A DNA stretch of 64,000 nt from a virus. The stretch is from IMG/VR virus record IMGVR_UViG_3300006752_000018, positions 1-64,000 of that record; one strand, written 5' to 3'. The notes under the pieces are model-generated. The model saw only the letters and a list, made by a program, of their open reading frames with translations. It was not told where the DNA came from and made no database searches. The position numbers were made by a program, and so were the translations under genes. Below are positions 21,901 to 32,430 of the stretch, piece by piece (positions within the stretch are counted from its first letter, which is position 1; each line of letters begins with the position of its first letter).

Positions 21901-24900
21901 TCCAGGGGGCGCAAGCCATGGGCGTTTAACTACTCAGTTAGCACAACGTTCATTTATGAACAACAGACTAGGTGATTTCCTTGACAAGCAAGTTACATCA
22001 TCCAGTGTGCCTGGCGCTGTTGTACAACTTAATAGTAGTGGTAAAATTAATAGTGACTTAATTCCGCCAATTAGAACAAACAGTAGTTTTACTTTAGATT
22101 CATTTGAAGAAAGACTAACTTTATTTGAAAATATTCCTGCCGACGAAGTATTATCCGGTGACAATATTATTGAAGCATACGATCAAGAAGTGCTTACACT
22201 AAATGATGCTAAATCTCTTGTAAAAGGAGAAACAGTAACTCAGCTTAATAGTGGTGCAACTGGTGAAGTAAAAGCAGCAATATCTAGCTCTACAGAACTT
22301 ACGCTTGTTAATGTGACTGGAACATTTACAACTAATGCAGCTGACACATTGTCGGGTAACACAACGGGTGCGTTATCGACTTATGTAGCTTCGACAACAG
22401 GAAGCGTTCAAGCACAAGATAATTATTTCCTTTCAGACGACAGCGAAAGTCAATTTTTAATTATTGATGACCCTGATGATAGTACAGTACACAATTTTGT
22501 TAACGGTACTGATGTTAAAGGTGCTAATACCTTAGCAGAAGGTACAATTACAGATTATAGGGAAGGTGTTGCTATATTTACAAACACAAACACTTTGCCT
22601 AGCGGAAGCGGATATGGTACAGCAGACACATATACTAATGTAACACTTACAGGTGGTACCGGAAGCGGCGCAAAAGCAGATATTACAGTTGATGGAACTG
22701 GTACTGTCACTGTAGTTGATTTAACTAGAGGCGGCGAAGGTTACACATCGGGTGATACTCTAAGTGCAGCTGATGCTGATTTAGGCGGTAGATCGGGCGG
22801 TAGCGCATTTACAGTTGACATACAAGCAGTAGAAAATAGATTATATCTTAACCTTACTGGTAACAATGTTAAATTTGATGCAAGTGTTACAACAAACGAA
22901 TTTATTGAAGATAACAATGCTATTACACAAAACATAAATCAAGCAGGCTTTACTACAACAACATTTAGTGCAAACGCTGTAGATAATGAAATTGATTACA
23001 CAGACAATCAAGTTATTGTTACAGGTCATGGCTTTGTTAACGGTGACCCAATTGAGTATAGTGCAAACGGCAATACTGAAATTGGTGGATTAGAAAACGG
23101 CATAGTATACTTTGCAAAAAGAATAGATGCAGATACTTTTGAAGTATACACAAAATACGATGTTTCTGATGCTAGCCAAGTTAATTTTGGAACAAGTAGT
23201 AACGGAAACCATTTATTTAGACTGCGTAATGTAAGTTCAGCAGGCGATAGAATATTTTTAGCAAATCACGGATACGCAACAGGAACAGGTGTAAGAATAA
23301 TTGCTGCAACTCCTCCCACGGGACTAACAGATGGTAATTTTTACTTCGTAGGTAGTGTAACAACAAATTCATTTACGTTACATACATTAAGAAATGATGC
23401 AAATGAAAGTGTTAACGGTACAACACAGTCAGTAGTTGATATAACAGCACCTAGTTCCGGTACAACAAACTTCCGTGAACAAAATGTAAAAATTATAGGT
23501 ACTATAAACACATCTAGCCAAAATGTAGATAACTATGCAAGTTTAAATAGTTTGAATATTGACGCAACTAATATTGTTAGTGGCATTATTTCAACTACTA
23601 GACTAGGAACAGGTACTGCAAACCAAAACACAGCATTATACGGAGACGGTGTATATAAAAGAACTGTGCGTAGTATTACTATTGCAGAAAACAATCCAAT
23701 ATCTATTGTTGGTGATAGTGTTACAGAAGGCGGAGAAGAAAAATACTTTGGCGAACTTGAAATACAAGTTGATCCTATTGATCCAGAAGCAGGCGGTGTT
23801 ACATATACAAACTTTGGAGTAGCAGCATTTAATAAAGCTCAGTTTGATATTACTGAAGATGGCGAAATAAGTGTTCTAAGTACAGCAGATGGTGGACAAT
23901 TAGATGCAAGTACACTTAATGGACAAGCTGGTTCCTATTATCTTAATCCAGAAAATAACACACGATCAATGCCTATTACAAAAGGTGGTACAAACTTAAC
24001 AGGATACACACAAGGCGATATACTATATGCTGGTACAACTCTGTCTTTGAATAGTGATTCGTTGAGTAAATTGGCAATAGGACCCGACGGCTATGTGTTA
24101 AAAAGTAATGGTACAGTTCCGGTATGGTCAAACAGCATTACACTAGGAGCCTTAGATCTAGACGAACTTACAGTTGATACTGATACATTATTTGTTGACG
24201 GTACAGAACATAGAGTAGGAATTAATACCCTAACGCCACAGGTAACTTTAGACATAAACGCAACAGACGCTATTAGATTTCCAGTAGGCACAACAGTACA
24301 GCGTCCTACTGCTGTTCAAGGATATGTAAGATATAATACAACACTAGGTCAATACGAAGGGTATGACGGAGCAAATTGGATTAGTTTACAGAATACAGGC
24401 GATGTAGACGGTGATACATTTATAAGTACAGAAACAAGTCCGGGTGCAGACAACGATACTATTAAGTTTTTTGCTAACGGAGTAATGGCTGCCGAATTAA
24501 CTGAAACAGGATTTGGTAGATTAGATGTAGGCGATATTGAAATCAATAGTAGTTATATCGGAACAACAGTATCTAATAGTAATTTAGAATTACGTGCAGC
24601 AGGTACAGGTGTTATAAATGTACAAAACCCACTTACTGTTGATCAAGGAGCTGATATTGAAGGTGCAGTAACTATTAACGAAGCAGGTGCTAGTGTAGAT
24701 TTTAGAATAGAATCAAATGCACAAACACATATGTTATTTTTAGACGGAAGTGCAGATGCAGTTGGTATACAAACTAGTACACCAAAAGCACCTTTACAAG
24801 TACAAGACGTAGCACTAGATACTGAAACAACAACATCAAGCGGAACTAATGCAGTTAAAATTGCAGAATGGGCAGTTGCAGACTTTAGAACTGCAAAAGT

Positions 24901-25141
24901 TTTAATACAAATTAATAATGCTTCAGATGGCGAATACCAAGCACAAGAAATGTTAATATTACATGATAGCACAAATAATGCAGGCGTAAAATCAACAGAA
25001 TATGCAGTTCTGTTTACTGGTAGTGCGGCACTTGCAACATTTAGCACACAAGTTTCAGGGGGCAATATTGAGCTGCTGGCAACACCGTCAACAGCGAACA
25101 CATTGGTTTACAAAGTAGCTAAAACTATGATTACATTGTAA
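18959..25141 (+). CDS. Tail fibre protein (2060 aa): T4 gp37-like N-terminus, beta-helix domain with phycobiliprotein-like insert, HG[FY]xxG beta repeats, C-terminal structural domain
   Basis: The N-terminus KIKHLRSSVAGRAP..EGQLALNTADGKLF resembles the T4 gp37 N-terminus (IQFKRS..AG.RP..EGELAIN). It has SPYVQNCS and RVYTSGT..GDFKVG motifs shared with the other beta-helix proteins. AGGA lies upstream. Confidence 0.85.
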   Translation: MASKIKHLRSSVAGRAPTAGQMDEGQLALNTADGKLFMKKSDSSVREITKQIHDGDTSVSIDESGANGKIVLEADGSNVAEVAAAAMNIKVPVVIEDNDSITIRESSANGTNGVVIKVPESITSTYDFKLPPTAGSPGQIITTDGSGTLSFENPGITSNMIYVDSIVGSDSNDGFIKPLASIKKACEIASENVYVPKVAVTDTKNDVIQLLTLNKTFIQKEVIAYIAYQVANAGGIWNGFTYDSATCERDVGYIVDAVIYDLKFGGNSKSIEAGKKYYLGTTSTQEVIDNQKPQTVAALEYAKHISGDIIRNIALTDDQDGNTNAPFQSAVTQTTDNSYDDGSSSKTAHDDLWDETITILDLGIAQASTLVYGTFNINLISIKIGTGEYLEDNPIIVPDNISIMGDALRSVIIRPQNVQKDIFRIRNAAYMSGFTFRDKLDANGIPTGTYNFAVAFDDPDDHGVSRHSYPGLPVQKTIITASPYVQNCSIISFLGGNGCNVDGSKVFQPNTPTNQIEAENPVAGAAPVQNPSIVGNAFTILSFGGTGYRVSNNAYSQIVSCFQIFCKNGSYAQSGGYLSITNSATNFGTYALRASGFRNEAFEFDRGIIATNGVDGVFQTFDLIGFDRAVTEHYITRFVNSNGDDVTDDYKTSTTTKTFSANSSTVDTVNNKFVITAHGFSNGDRLRYDSNGNPDIFGIYDETYYYVSLINANEFQLYEDQELESLATLGTTSSGTHKFISGDEEFFVNEIKNAHTIYQTIVLAAGSYNFSVGQEITGTVSGNTNNAYVYSWDTNTNTLVVSINQVVVSGVTSYVKFTASSTIDVDADGNTNIAISSIADKTNLHSAKILVRSTLSGGSINNIALLPGFQCFLHRPSIVNSSAHTWEYAGSGTDYNAMPINGGQGIPDYEQYQDLPGRVYTSGTTELGDFKVGKFITAQNRTGNVTFTNKVSIAQLDSLQLSLSDVTIEAISTDVTLGDNDPGGASHGRLTTQLAQRSFMNNRLGDFLDKQVTSSSVPGAVVQLNSSGKINSDLIPPIRTNSSFTLDSFEERLTLFENIPADEVLSGDNIIEAYDQEVLTLNDAKSLVKGETVTQLNSGATGEVKAAISSSTELTLVNVTGTFTTNAADTLSGNTTGALSTYVASTTGSVQAQDNYFLSDDSESQFLIIDDPDDSTVHNFVNGTDVKGANTLAEGTITDYREGVAIFTNTNTLPSGSGYGTADTYTNVTLTGGTGSGAKADITVDGTGTVTVVDLTRGGEGYTSGDTLSAADADLGGRSGGSAFTVDIQAVENRLYLNLTGNNVKFDASVTTNEFIEDNNAITQNINQAGFTTTTFSANAVDNEIDYTDNQVIVTGHGFVNGDPIEYSANGNTEIGGLENGIVYFAKRIDADTFEVYTKYDVSDASQVNFGTSSNGNHLFRLRNVSSAGDRIFLANHGYATGTGVRIIAATPPTGLTDGNFYFVGSVTTNSFTLHTLRNDANESVNGTTQSVVDITAPSSGTTNFREQNVKIIGTINTSSQNVDNYASLNSLNIDATNIVSGIISTTRLGTGTANQNTALYGDGVYKRTVRSITIAENNPISIVGDSVTEGGEEKYFGELEIQVDPIDPEAGGVTYTNFGVAAFNKAQFDITEDGEISVLSTADGGQLDASTLNGQAGSYYLNPENNTRSMPITKGGTNLTGYTQGDILYAGTTLSLNSDSLSKLAIGPDGYVLKSNGTVPVWSNSITLGALDLDELTVDTDTLFVDGTEHRVGINTLTPQVTLDINATDAIRFPVGTTVQRPTAVQGYVRYNTTLGQYEGYDGANWISLQNTGDVDGDTFISTETSPGADNDTIKFFANGVMAAELTETGFGRLDVGDIEINSSYIGTTVSNSNLELRAAGTGVINVQNPLTVDQGADIEGAVTINEAGASVDFRIESNAQTHMLFLDGSADAVGIQTSTPKAPLQVQDVALDTETTTSSGTNAVKIAEWAVADFRTAKVLIQINNASDGEYQAQEMLILHDSTNNAGVKSTEYAVLFTGSAALATFSTQVSGGNIELLATPSTANTLVYKVAKTMITL

Positions 25142-25145
25142 CCGA

Positions 25146-25151
25146 TAAATA
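25146..25151 (+). promoter_or_regulatory. T4-like late promoter core TAAATA
   Basis: GATAAATAC just after the stop of the upstream gene. Confidence 0.75.
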
Positions 25152-25167
25152 CAATATATAAGCCAAT

Positions 25168-25183
25168 TAGGGGAGAGTGAACC
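25168..25183 (+). promoter_or_regulatory. Conserved 16-nt leader/RBS element TAGGGGAGAGTGAACC (copy 1)
   Basis: An identical copy lies at 50438-50453; both are followed by 2 nt and then ATGGC. Confidence 0.75.
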
Positions 25184-25185
25184 AG

Positions 25186-28100
25186 ATGGCAACTAGTGAT
25201 TTTAAGGTCAAAAAAGGCCTGCAGGTAGGGTCGGGCGATTTCAATGTTGACATTGATAATAATACCGCTGCATTCGCTAACGGATATACAATTACAATTG
25301 GCAGCGATACTGTAATAACAAATGCTGACAATGTAAGTGAACTGACTAACGATGCAAACTATATCACACTTACTGACATTTCAGCAAGTGGTGACATTAC
25401 ATATAATAATACAACAGGTGTAATCAGTTTTACACAACGTACTGATCAACAAGTCCGTAACTTGTTTAGTGGCACCGGAGATATTACATATGAAAGTGCA
25501 AATGGACAAATAAGTTTTAACAACACCACTGGTTACATTACACTGACAGACCTTAGCGGTGGTACAGGAATTACCTACGACAATACTACAGGCGAATTTA
25601 GTATTGCACAAAATATTGCAACTGATCAAGATGTTACATTTAATACAGTTACAGCGACAGATAAAATATTAACAGATACAATTACAGCAACAGGCGCAGG
25701 AACAGATGTTACTGTAGATGACAATTTGATTGTATCAGGAAATTTAACTGTAAATGGTACAACTACTACATTAAATACTGCAACATTAACCGTTGAAGAT
25801 CTAAATATAGTATTAGCAAATGGCGCAGCTGATGCAGCAGCAGCAAATGGCTCTGGAATAACTATAGACGGAGCTGATGCTACATTAACATATGCTGCGA
25901 CAGGTGATAAGTTTGTAATGAACAAAACACTTGATACAGATCTAATAGGTGATGTAACTGGCGATGTAACTGGTGATGTAACAGGTGATGTAACTGGTGA
26001 TGTAACTGGTGATGTAACAGGTGATATTACTAGTACTGGTACGTCTACATTTGCTTCAATAGATGTTAACGGTGGCACTATTGATGGTACAGCTATTGGT
26101 AGTACAGTAACATCAACTGGTGCGTTTACAACCATTAACGGTACTGTAATTACAGCAAGCACAAATTTTGCAGGCAATTTAACAGGTAATGTTACAGGTA
26201 CAGTTAGCGACATAAGCAATCATAGTACAACTAATCTAAGTGAAGGTACAAACTTATACTATACAGATGCTAGAGTAGATGCACGTATTGATTTACAAAT
26301 GGGAGCCGATTTAGATCTTAGCGGTGTTACTACAGATGATTTAGCTGAAGGTAGCAATAATCTTTATTATACCCAAGCAAGATTTAATACTGCGTTTGGA
26401 CTGAAATCAACAACAGATTTGTCTGAAGGTAGTAATTTATATTTTACAAATGCTAGAGCACGTTCGGCAATAAGTGCATTAGGCGATGTAAGTTACGATA
26501 GTTCAACTGGCGTTATATCATTTACTGAAAGAACAGATGCAGAAGTACGTGGCTTAATTAGTGTAGCAGGTGATCTAAGCTATAACAATAGCACAGGTGT
26601 CATAAGCTATACTGCTCCTGATGATTTAGGAGACTTGACAAATAATGCAGGTTATATTAAACTTGCTGACCTAAGCGCCGGAGGCGATTTATCATATAAC
26701 AATTCTAGCGGTGAATTTAGTTTTACTGAACGCACTGATTCTGAAGTACGTGGATTAATAAGTGCAAGTGGTGATGCATCATACAATAATAGTACAGGTG
26801 TAATTAGTGTTACTACATATAAAGATGCTGATGCTGATGCAAGAATTGCCGCAGCAACATTAGATGATTTATCAGATGTAAATTACACAAGTGCTGCAAC
26901 AAACGGACAAATACTTATTTGGGACAATGCAAATCAGTATTGGGAGCCTGCAGATCCTTACACAGCAACAGATTTTGATACAAACTTTGCTGCAAAAGAT
27001 ACCGACGACTTATCAGAAGGTTCAACAAATCAATATTTTACACAGGCAAGAGCAAGAAGCTCTATAAGTGTAGCAGGTGATCTTGCATATAATAGTGCAA
27101 CAGGTGTAATTAGTTATACAACACCTAGTAATTTAAGTGACTTTACAAACGACTCTAATTTTATTACATTGGCAGATTTAAGTGTAACTGGCGATTTGTC
27201 ATATAATAATGCAACTGGTACATTTAGTTTTACTGAACGCACAGACGGAGAAGTGCGTGGTCTTATAAGTGCAAGTGGCGATTTGTCATATAATAGTAGT
27301 ACAGGTGTTGTTAGCTTTACTGAACGCACAGATGCAGAAGTACGGGGTTTAATAAGTGGTACAGGTGATATTGGTTACGATAATAGCACCGGTGTTATAA
27401 GTTTTTCTAATACAAGCGGTTACCTTACAGAATATACAGAAACTGATACATTAGATAGTGTAACAGGTAGAGGCGCAACAACTTCTAACAATATCCAAGT
27501 TGGTGATATGACCGTTACTGGAGATCTTACAGTAAGCGGAACAACAACTACAATTAATACTGCTACTTTAAACATAGCAGACAATATTATGACACTAAAC
27601 AGTGATGTGTCAGGTGCACCTAGTGAGAATGCAGGGATTGAAGTTGAAAGAGGGACATCAACAAACGTTGCATTACGCTGGAATGAAACAAACGGAAAAT
27701 GGGAATTTACAAATGATGGCAGTACATATCAAAATATTGCAACTGCTGTATCTGAATTAACAAATGATTCTAATTATATTAGTTTAGGTAGCCTAAGCGG
27801 CGGCACAGGTATTTCGTATAATAACGCAACTGGTGAAATTTCTATCGATAACAGCGGTACAGGATTTATTACACGCTCAGGCATAAGTGCTACCGGTGAT
27901 ATTAGTTATGATAATAGTACTGGCGTAATCAGTTTCAATAATAGTAGTGGTTACTTAACTGAATATACAGAAGTTGACACATTAGATGATGTAACAGGTA
28001 GAGGGTCGTCTACTTCAAATAGTGCAGAATTTGGTGGATTAACAGTCGGTGGTACTAATGTTGCGTTATCAGGCGCTAATATCAGCATATTTAATAATGA

Positions 28101-31100
28101 CTCAGCATTTATTTCTAGATCTGGCATAAGTGCAACTGGCGATATTAATTACGATAATAGTACTGGTGTCATTTCGTTTAACAACGGTACTGGGTTCCTT
28201 ACATCTGAAACTGACACTTTACAGTCCGTGACTGATAGAGGTAACAGTACAGATAATCACGTTGCATTTACAAATACTGTAGCAATGACAGGTGCGCTAA
28301 CGATTACTAATGAAATATTTACTAACGGTGTAGCATTACAAACTGAGTCAGGTGCTAATAAAACTAACCTATCAATGGTTAACGGATATGTGCAATTAAA
28401 TTACATTAACCAATTATACTCAGATGGCGATCTTTGGTTAGCAAATGCACAACAAAATACTTCAGGCGGTGATACAAAAAAGATAGCAACAGCAAATGCA
28501 TTAGGAACTAACATTGCTGGTAATAATTTAAATATCGAAGCAGGTAGTTCAACTGGTACAGGCGCCGGTGGTAACATTATTTTTAAAACAGGTAGCACAG
28601 GTTCGTCAGGATCATTGACAAATGCCCTATCTGAAAGATTTAAAATAAGTGGTAGTGATGGTGCAATTACAATTAATGCAGCATATAGTCTACCTTCTAG
28701 TGATGGCACAACAGGGCAAGCACTTGTAACAGATGGTGCAGGCACTACATCTTTTGGACAAATTGCTTATTCTGCTATTTCAGGAACACCAAACTTAGCA
28801 GCAGTCGCAACTTCAGGAAGCTACAACGATTTAACTGATACACCAGCATCAACTTCAGATGCAGCTATAAGAGCATTATTTAGTGCTACCGGAAGTTTAA
28901 GTTATGATAATTCTACAGGTGTGTTTAGTTACACAGAAAGAACTGATGCAACAATACGTGGATTAATTAGTGCATCAGGTGATTTAAATTACGATAGCAG
29001 TACTGGTGTAATTAGCTTCACACAGTCGGCTTCACCTGTAACTAGTGTAAACACAAAAACCGGTGCTGTTGTTTTAGGCACTGGTGACATATCAGAGTCA
29101 GGATCGAATTTATACTTTACTCAAGGTCGAGCAAGATCTGCATTAAGTGCAAGTGGTGATATTAGTTATGATAGTGCAACTGGTATTATATCTTATAGCG
29201 AAAGATCAGATGCAACAATACGTGGATTAATAAGTGCCGGAGGTGATTTAAGTTACGATAACAGCACAGGTGTTATGTCATTTAGCCAAAGATCAGATGC
29301 AACAATACGTGGACTAATTAGCGGTACCGGAGATATTGGATATGACAATTCAACAGGTGTTATTAGCTTTAGTAATAATAGTGGATTTATAACTAGCTAT
29401 ACAGAAACAGACACACTAGATAGTGTAACAGGTAGAGGCGCAACTACTACTAATAACCTTACTGTAGGCGGATTAATAGTAAGTGGCGACTTAACAGTCA
29501 GCGGAACTACAACAACTATCAATACAGCTACACTTGATGTTGCAGATAACATAATAACATTAAACAGTGACGTGACTGGAACACCAACAGAAAATGCAGG
29601 TGTATCTGTAAACAGAGGTGTGTCGTCTGCTGTTGATATTCGTTGGAACGAAACTAATGATAAATGGGAATTTACAAACGATGGTGCTAATTATCAAGTT
29701 CTTGCAGTTGATCTAGGTGATCTTACAAACAATGCAAATTACGTAAAACTTACTGATTTAAGTGCAGGTGGTGATTTAAGTTACGATAATACGACTGGAG
29801 AATTTACATTTACTGAACGTACTGATGATGAAGTACGTGGACTTATAAGTGCAGGTGGTGATCTAACATATGATAATACTACAGGCGTAATGTCATTTAG
29901 CGAAAGATCAGATACAACCATACGTGGATTAATTAGTGCAAGTGGTGATTTAAGTTATGATAGTGCTACAGGTGTTATATCTTACACTGAAAGAACAGAT
30001 GCAACCATACGTGGATTACTTAGCGGTACTGGAGATATTACGTATGATGCAGGAACTGGACAAATAAGTTTCAATAACACTAGCGGATTTATTACAAGTG
30101 CTAATATTACAGAAACGGATACATTACATAGTGTAACAAGTAGAAATGCTACTACAACAAATAATATTGCTGTAAACGATATGACAGTTAATGGTAACTT
30201 GATTGTATCAGGCACAACAACCACTGTTAACAGCACTACAATTAATCTTGCTGATAATATTATTACACTCAACAGCGATTTTACAACAGGAACTCCTACT
30301 GAAAATGCAGGTATTGAAGTACTTAGAGGCGGAAGTAGCACTGTAGCAATACGGTGGAACGAAACTTCAGACAAATGGCAATACACAAACGACGGATCAA
30401 GTTATAATAACTTTCCTATTAATTTAAGTGATTTGAATAATGATTTGTCTTTCTTAGCATTGACAGATATTTCTGGCACTGGTGATATAAGTTTTGATCA
30501 AGCTACAGGTGTAATTAGCTTTAATAACTCAAGTGGTTATCTTACTGCTGAAGCTGACACATTTGGCACAGTTACAGGTAGAGGAAATACAACCTCAAGT
30601 GCAATTGTAGTTAACAATAGTATTACTGTACAAAACGAAATATACTCCCAAGGCGTTGCACTTAAATATTCAAATAGTGCTAATGTTCCGCAACTAGAAA
30701 TTGGCGCAGATTTCTTTAGATTAGAAAATCATGATGATTTCTTTGTTGAAAGTGATATTACTTTAGGAAGAGCAGCAACTGATGCCACAGGCGGAGCAAC
30801 AAGAGCTATATCATCGGCAAATGGCGTTGGCACAAATATTGCTGGTAGTACAATTGAAGTTATTGCAGGAACATCAACCGGTACAGCTAGTAGCGGTGCT
30901 ATTGTTTTCAAAACAGGGTCGCAAGGACAAGCAAGTAACAATGTTACAAACATATTACAAGAACGCTTTAGAATACGCGGTACCGATGGTGCAATAGAAA
31001 TAAATGAATCGTATACGTTACCTACAGCAGATGGAAATAATGGCACATATTTAGGTACCGACGGTAACGGAGATGTAACATTTAAGCAAATTTCTTACAG

Positions 31101-31590
31101 TGATTTAAGCGGTAATCCGTCTATATCTCAAGTAGGTTTAACTGGAAACTACTCAGATCTACTCGGTGCACCTACAAATGTTAGTCACTTTACAAATGAT
31201 GCAGGTTATATTACTAGCGGAAGTGAAGGAGTGTTTGATGGAGATATACTAGGTAGTGTATTTGGTGATGACTCTACATTATTAGTTGACGGTGTAAACA
31301 ACACACTAAATACGGCAAGACTAGATCAAGCAGGTGCAACAAACGGTCAAGCGTTAGTTTGGAATAATTTTACACTTACTTGGGAACCTGGTACAGTCGA
31401 TGGTGCTAGTATTGATATTATACTAGATCAAATTGGAGATATAGACACCACTGGAGTACAAAATGGAGATTACTTGCGTTGGGATTCATTAGCAGGAAAA
31501 TGGCTACCGGTGGCAGCATCATCAAGTTCAGGTATAAGTGTAGCAGACGCTGAAGACGCATCCTTCATGGCAGCGTTAATTATGGGATAA
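25186..31590 (+). CDS. Giant tail fibre protein (about 2134 aa) with 29-aa TERTDAEVRGLISxxGDLSYxNSTGVISF repeats
   Basis: The ORF track starts at GTG 25177, but ATG 25186 (MATSDFKVKKGLQV) has GGGGAG 10 nt upstream. It shares repeats with 8157..18884 and ends in hydrophobic FMAALIMG. Confidence 0.85.
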   Translation: MATSDFKVKKGLQVGSGDFNVDIDNNTAAFANGYTITIGSDTVITNADNVSELTNDANYITLTDISASGDITYNNTTGVISFTQRTDQQVRNLFSGTGDITYESANGQISFNNTTGYITLTDLSGGTGITYDNTTGEFSIAQNIATDQDVTFNTVTATDKILTDTITATGAGTDVTVDDNLIVSGNLTVNGTTTTLNTATLTVEDLNIVLANGAADAAAANGSGITIDGADATLTYAATGDKFVMNKTLDTDLIGDVTGDVTGDVTGDVTGDVTGDVTGDITSTGTSTFASIDVNGGTIDGTAIGSTVTSTGAFTTINGTVITASTNFAGNLTGNVTGTVSDISNHSTTNLSEGTNLYYTDARVDARIDLQMGADLDLSGVTTDDLAEGSNNLYYTQARFNTAFGLKSTTDLSEGSNLYFTNARARSAISALGDVSYDSSTGVISFTERTDAEVRGLISVAGDLSYNNSTGVISYTAPDDLGDLTNNAGYIKLADLSAGGDLSYNNSSGEFSFTERTDSEVRGLISASGDASYNNSTGVISVTTYKDADADARIAAATLDDLSDVNYTSAATNGQILIWDNANQYWEPADPYTATDFDTNFAAKDTDDLSEGSTNQYFTQARARSSISVAGDLAYNSATGVISYTTPSNLSDFTNDSNFITLADLSVTGDLSYNNATGTFSFTERTDGEVRGLISASGDLSYNSSTGVVSFTERTDAEVRGLISGTGDIGYDNSTGVISFSNTSGYLTEYTETDTLDSVTGRGATTSNNIQVGDMTVTGDLTVSGTTTTINTATLNIADNIMTLNSDVSGAPSENAGIEVERGTSTNVALRWNETNGKWEFTNDGSTYQNIATAVSELTNDSNYISLGSLSGGTGISYNNATGEISIDNSGTGFITRSGISATGDISYDNSTGVISFNNSSGYLTEYTEVDTLDDVTGRGSSTSNSAEFGGLTVGGTNVALSGANISIFNNDSAFISRSGISATGDINYDNSTGVISFNNGTGFLTSETDTLQSVTDRGNSTDNHVAFTNTVAMTGALTITNEIFTNGVALQTESGANKTNLSMVNGYVQLNYINQLYSDGDLWLANAQQNTSGGDTKKIATANALGTNIAGNNLNIEAGSSTGTGAGGNIIFKTGSTGSSGSLTNALSERFKISGSDGAITINAAYSLPSSDGTTGQALVTDGAGTTSFGQIAYSAISGTPNLAAVATSGSYNDLTDTPASTSDAAIRALFSATGSLSYDNSTGVFSYTERTDATIRGLISASGDLNYDSSTGVISFTQSASPVTSVNTKTGAVVLGTGDISESGSNLYFTQGRARSALSASGDISYDSATGIISYSERSDATIRGLISAGGDLSYDNSTGVMSFSQRSDATIRGLISGTGDIGYDNSTGVISFSNNSGFITSYTETDTLDSVTGRGATTTNNLTVGGLIVSGDLTVSGTTTTINTATLDVADNIITLNSDVTGTPTENAGVSVNRGVSSAVDIRWNETNDKWEFTNDGANYQVLAVDLGDLTNNANYVKLTDLSAGGDLSYDNTTGEFTFTERTDDEVRGLISAGGDLTYDNTTGVMSFSERSDTTIRGLISASGDLSYDSATGVISYTERTDATIRGLLSGTGDITYDAGTGQISFNNTSGFITSANITETDTLHSVTSRNATTTNNIAVNDMTVNGNLIVSGTTTTVNSTTINLADNIITLNSDFTTGTPTENAGIEVLRGGSSTVAIRWNETSDKWQYTNDGSSYNNFPINLSDLNNDLSFLALTDISGTGDISFDQATGVISFNNSSGYLTAEADTFGTVTGRGNTTSSAIVVNNSITVQNEIYSQGVALKYSNSANVPQLEIGADFFRLENHDDFFVESDITLGRAATDATGGATRAISSANGVGTNIAGSTIEVIAGTSTGTASSGAIVFKTGSQGQASNNVTNILQERFRIRGTDGAIEINESYTLPTADGNNGTYLGTDGNGDVTFKQISYSDLSGNPSISQVGLTGNYSDLLGAPTNVSHFTNDAGYITSGSEGVFDGDILGSVFGDDSTLLVDGVNNTLNTARLDQAGATNGQALVWNNFTLTWEPGTVDGASIDIILDQIGDIDTTGVQNGDYLRWDSLAGKWLPVAASSSSGISVADAEDASFMAALIMG
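25948..26031 (+). repeat. 7 x 12-bp coding tandem repeat (GDVT x6 + GDIT)
   Basis: gg[tc]gatgtaac[ta] repeated six times, then ggtgatattact. Confidence 0.95.
26460..30075 (+). repeat. Dispersed and tandem ~87-bp (29-aa) coding repeats
   Basis: Many copies of ERTD/ERSD..RGLIS..GD..Y.NSTGV.SF, in tandem at about 27232-27410, 29200-29370 and 29810-30075. Confidence 0.85.
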
Positions 31591-31594
31591 AAAA

Positions 31595-31924
31595 ATGGCA
31601 AATTATTTTAGAAATAGTATAGAAAAAAACATAGGTTCTACACCAGTAACAATGGTAGATAATACAAACAATAGTAAACTTACTGTAGTTGGAATTAGTT
31701 TAGCAAATGTTTCAGAAAGCAACTTATTCATTGATGTTACTGTAACAAATGAATTAGATGTAGAAGGATATTTTATTAAAGAAGTTATGTTACCTCCAAA
31801 TAGTAGTTTACGACTAATTGCAGGAGGAGAAAAGTTAATATTAGGTAATGACAATCAATTAAAGGTTAAAAGTAATTTAGCTAATAGTGTAGATGCAATA
31901 GTAAGTTATGTGGAAATACTCTAA
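31595..31924 (+). CDS. Small virion/fibre adaptor protein (109 aa), distant paralogue of 54734..55060
   Basis: Similar length and pattern (ISLANxS/VSFCNxG, xPPxxxL, LxVxxNxAN); each follows a giant fibre gene. Confidence 0.7.
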   Translation: MANYFRNSIEKNIGSTPVTMVDNTNNSKLTVVGISLANVSESNLFIDVTVTNELDVEGYFIKEVMLPPNSSLRLIAGGEKLILGNDNQLKVKSNLANSVDAIVSYVEIL

Positions 31925-32430
31925 TGGCACTAAAGAAATTAGACTCGGTTTATTATGTAGGTGAAACACCTAGGAAAAAAGCAAAACAAACTCGTAGTCA
32001 ACGTTTCTTTTATGGTATGCGATCAGACGGCGAAGAATTAATACTATGTAAAGTTGATGCATTTGATAGCACTGACGGAGTACTAGTTAATGAAATTGGT
32101 GATGATCCGAAATTTGACTTTCCTTATTTCATACCAGGTGTCAACTTTTTTGAAGGCAATGATATAAATCATGCGGAGCGTTACCCTAGTCTAATTTATC
32201 AACAATACAAATTTGATGACGGTAACTATTCTTACTATGTTGACGATAATGGCGAACTTACATTAAGAGTTAATCAAGGCATTGACGAGGGAACGGTAGT
32301 TGTTCCTGACGTACCTATTAATCCAATACAAAAAGATTATAGACGTTTTGGGGTATACCCAACATTTGATAATAACACAGTTTCGTTTGATAACCAAGAC
32401 ATAAGATTCGATAACAAGGAGCCGCAGTAA
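31924..32430 (+). CDS. Hypothetical structural protein (168 aa), paralogue of 44884..45249, with C-terminal FD repeats
   Basis: Shares RFFYGMR/RYFYGLR, FFEG, YQQYKFDD/YEQFRWDD and DxGExxxRxNQG with 44884; TAATG overlap with the upstream gene. Confidence 0.75.
   Translation: MALKKLDSVYYVGETPRKKAKQTRSQRFFYGMRSDGEELILCKVDAFDSTDGVLVNEIGDDPKFDFPYFIPGVNFFEGNDINHAERYPSLIYQQYKFDDGNYSYYVDDNGELTLRVNQGIDEGTVVVPDVPINPIQKDYRRFGVYPTFDNNTVSFDNQDIRFDNKEPQ

Noticed and set aside
26460-30075. Regularly spaced repeats that could resemble a CRISPR array
   Set aside because: They are degenerate at third codon positions, lie in frame inside a gene and have no unique spacers or cas genes.
2-31590. Bacterial giant adhesin/autotransporter locus
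   Set aside because: There are no signal peptides, beta-barrels or secretion genes. The T4-like late promoters, gp37- and gp10-like N-termini and tail chaperones indicate a phage.
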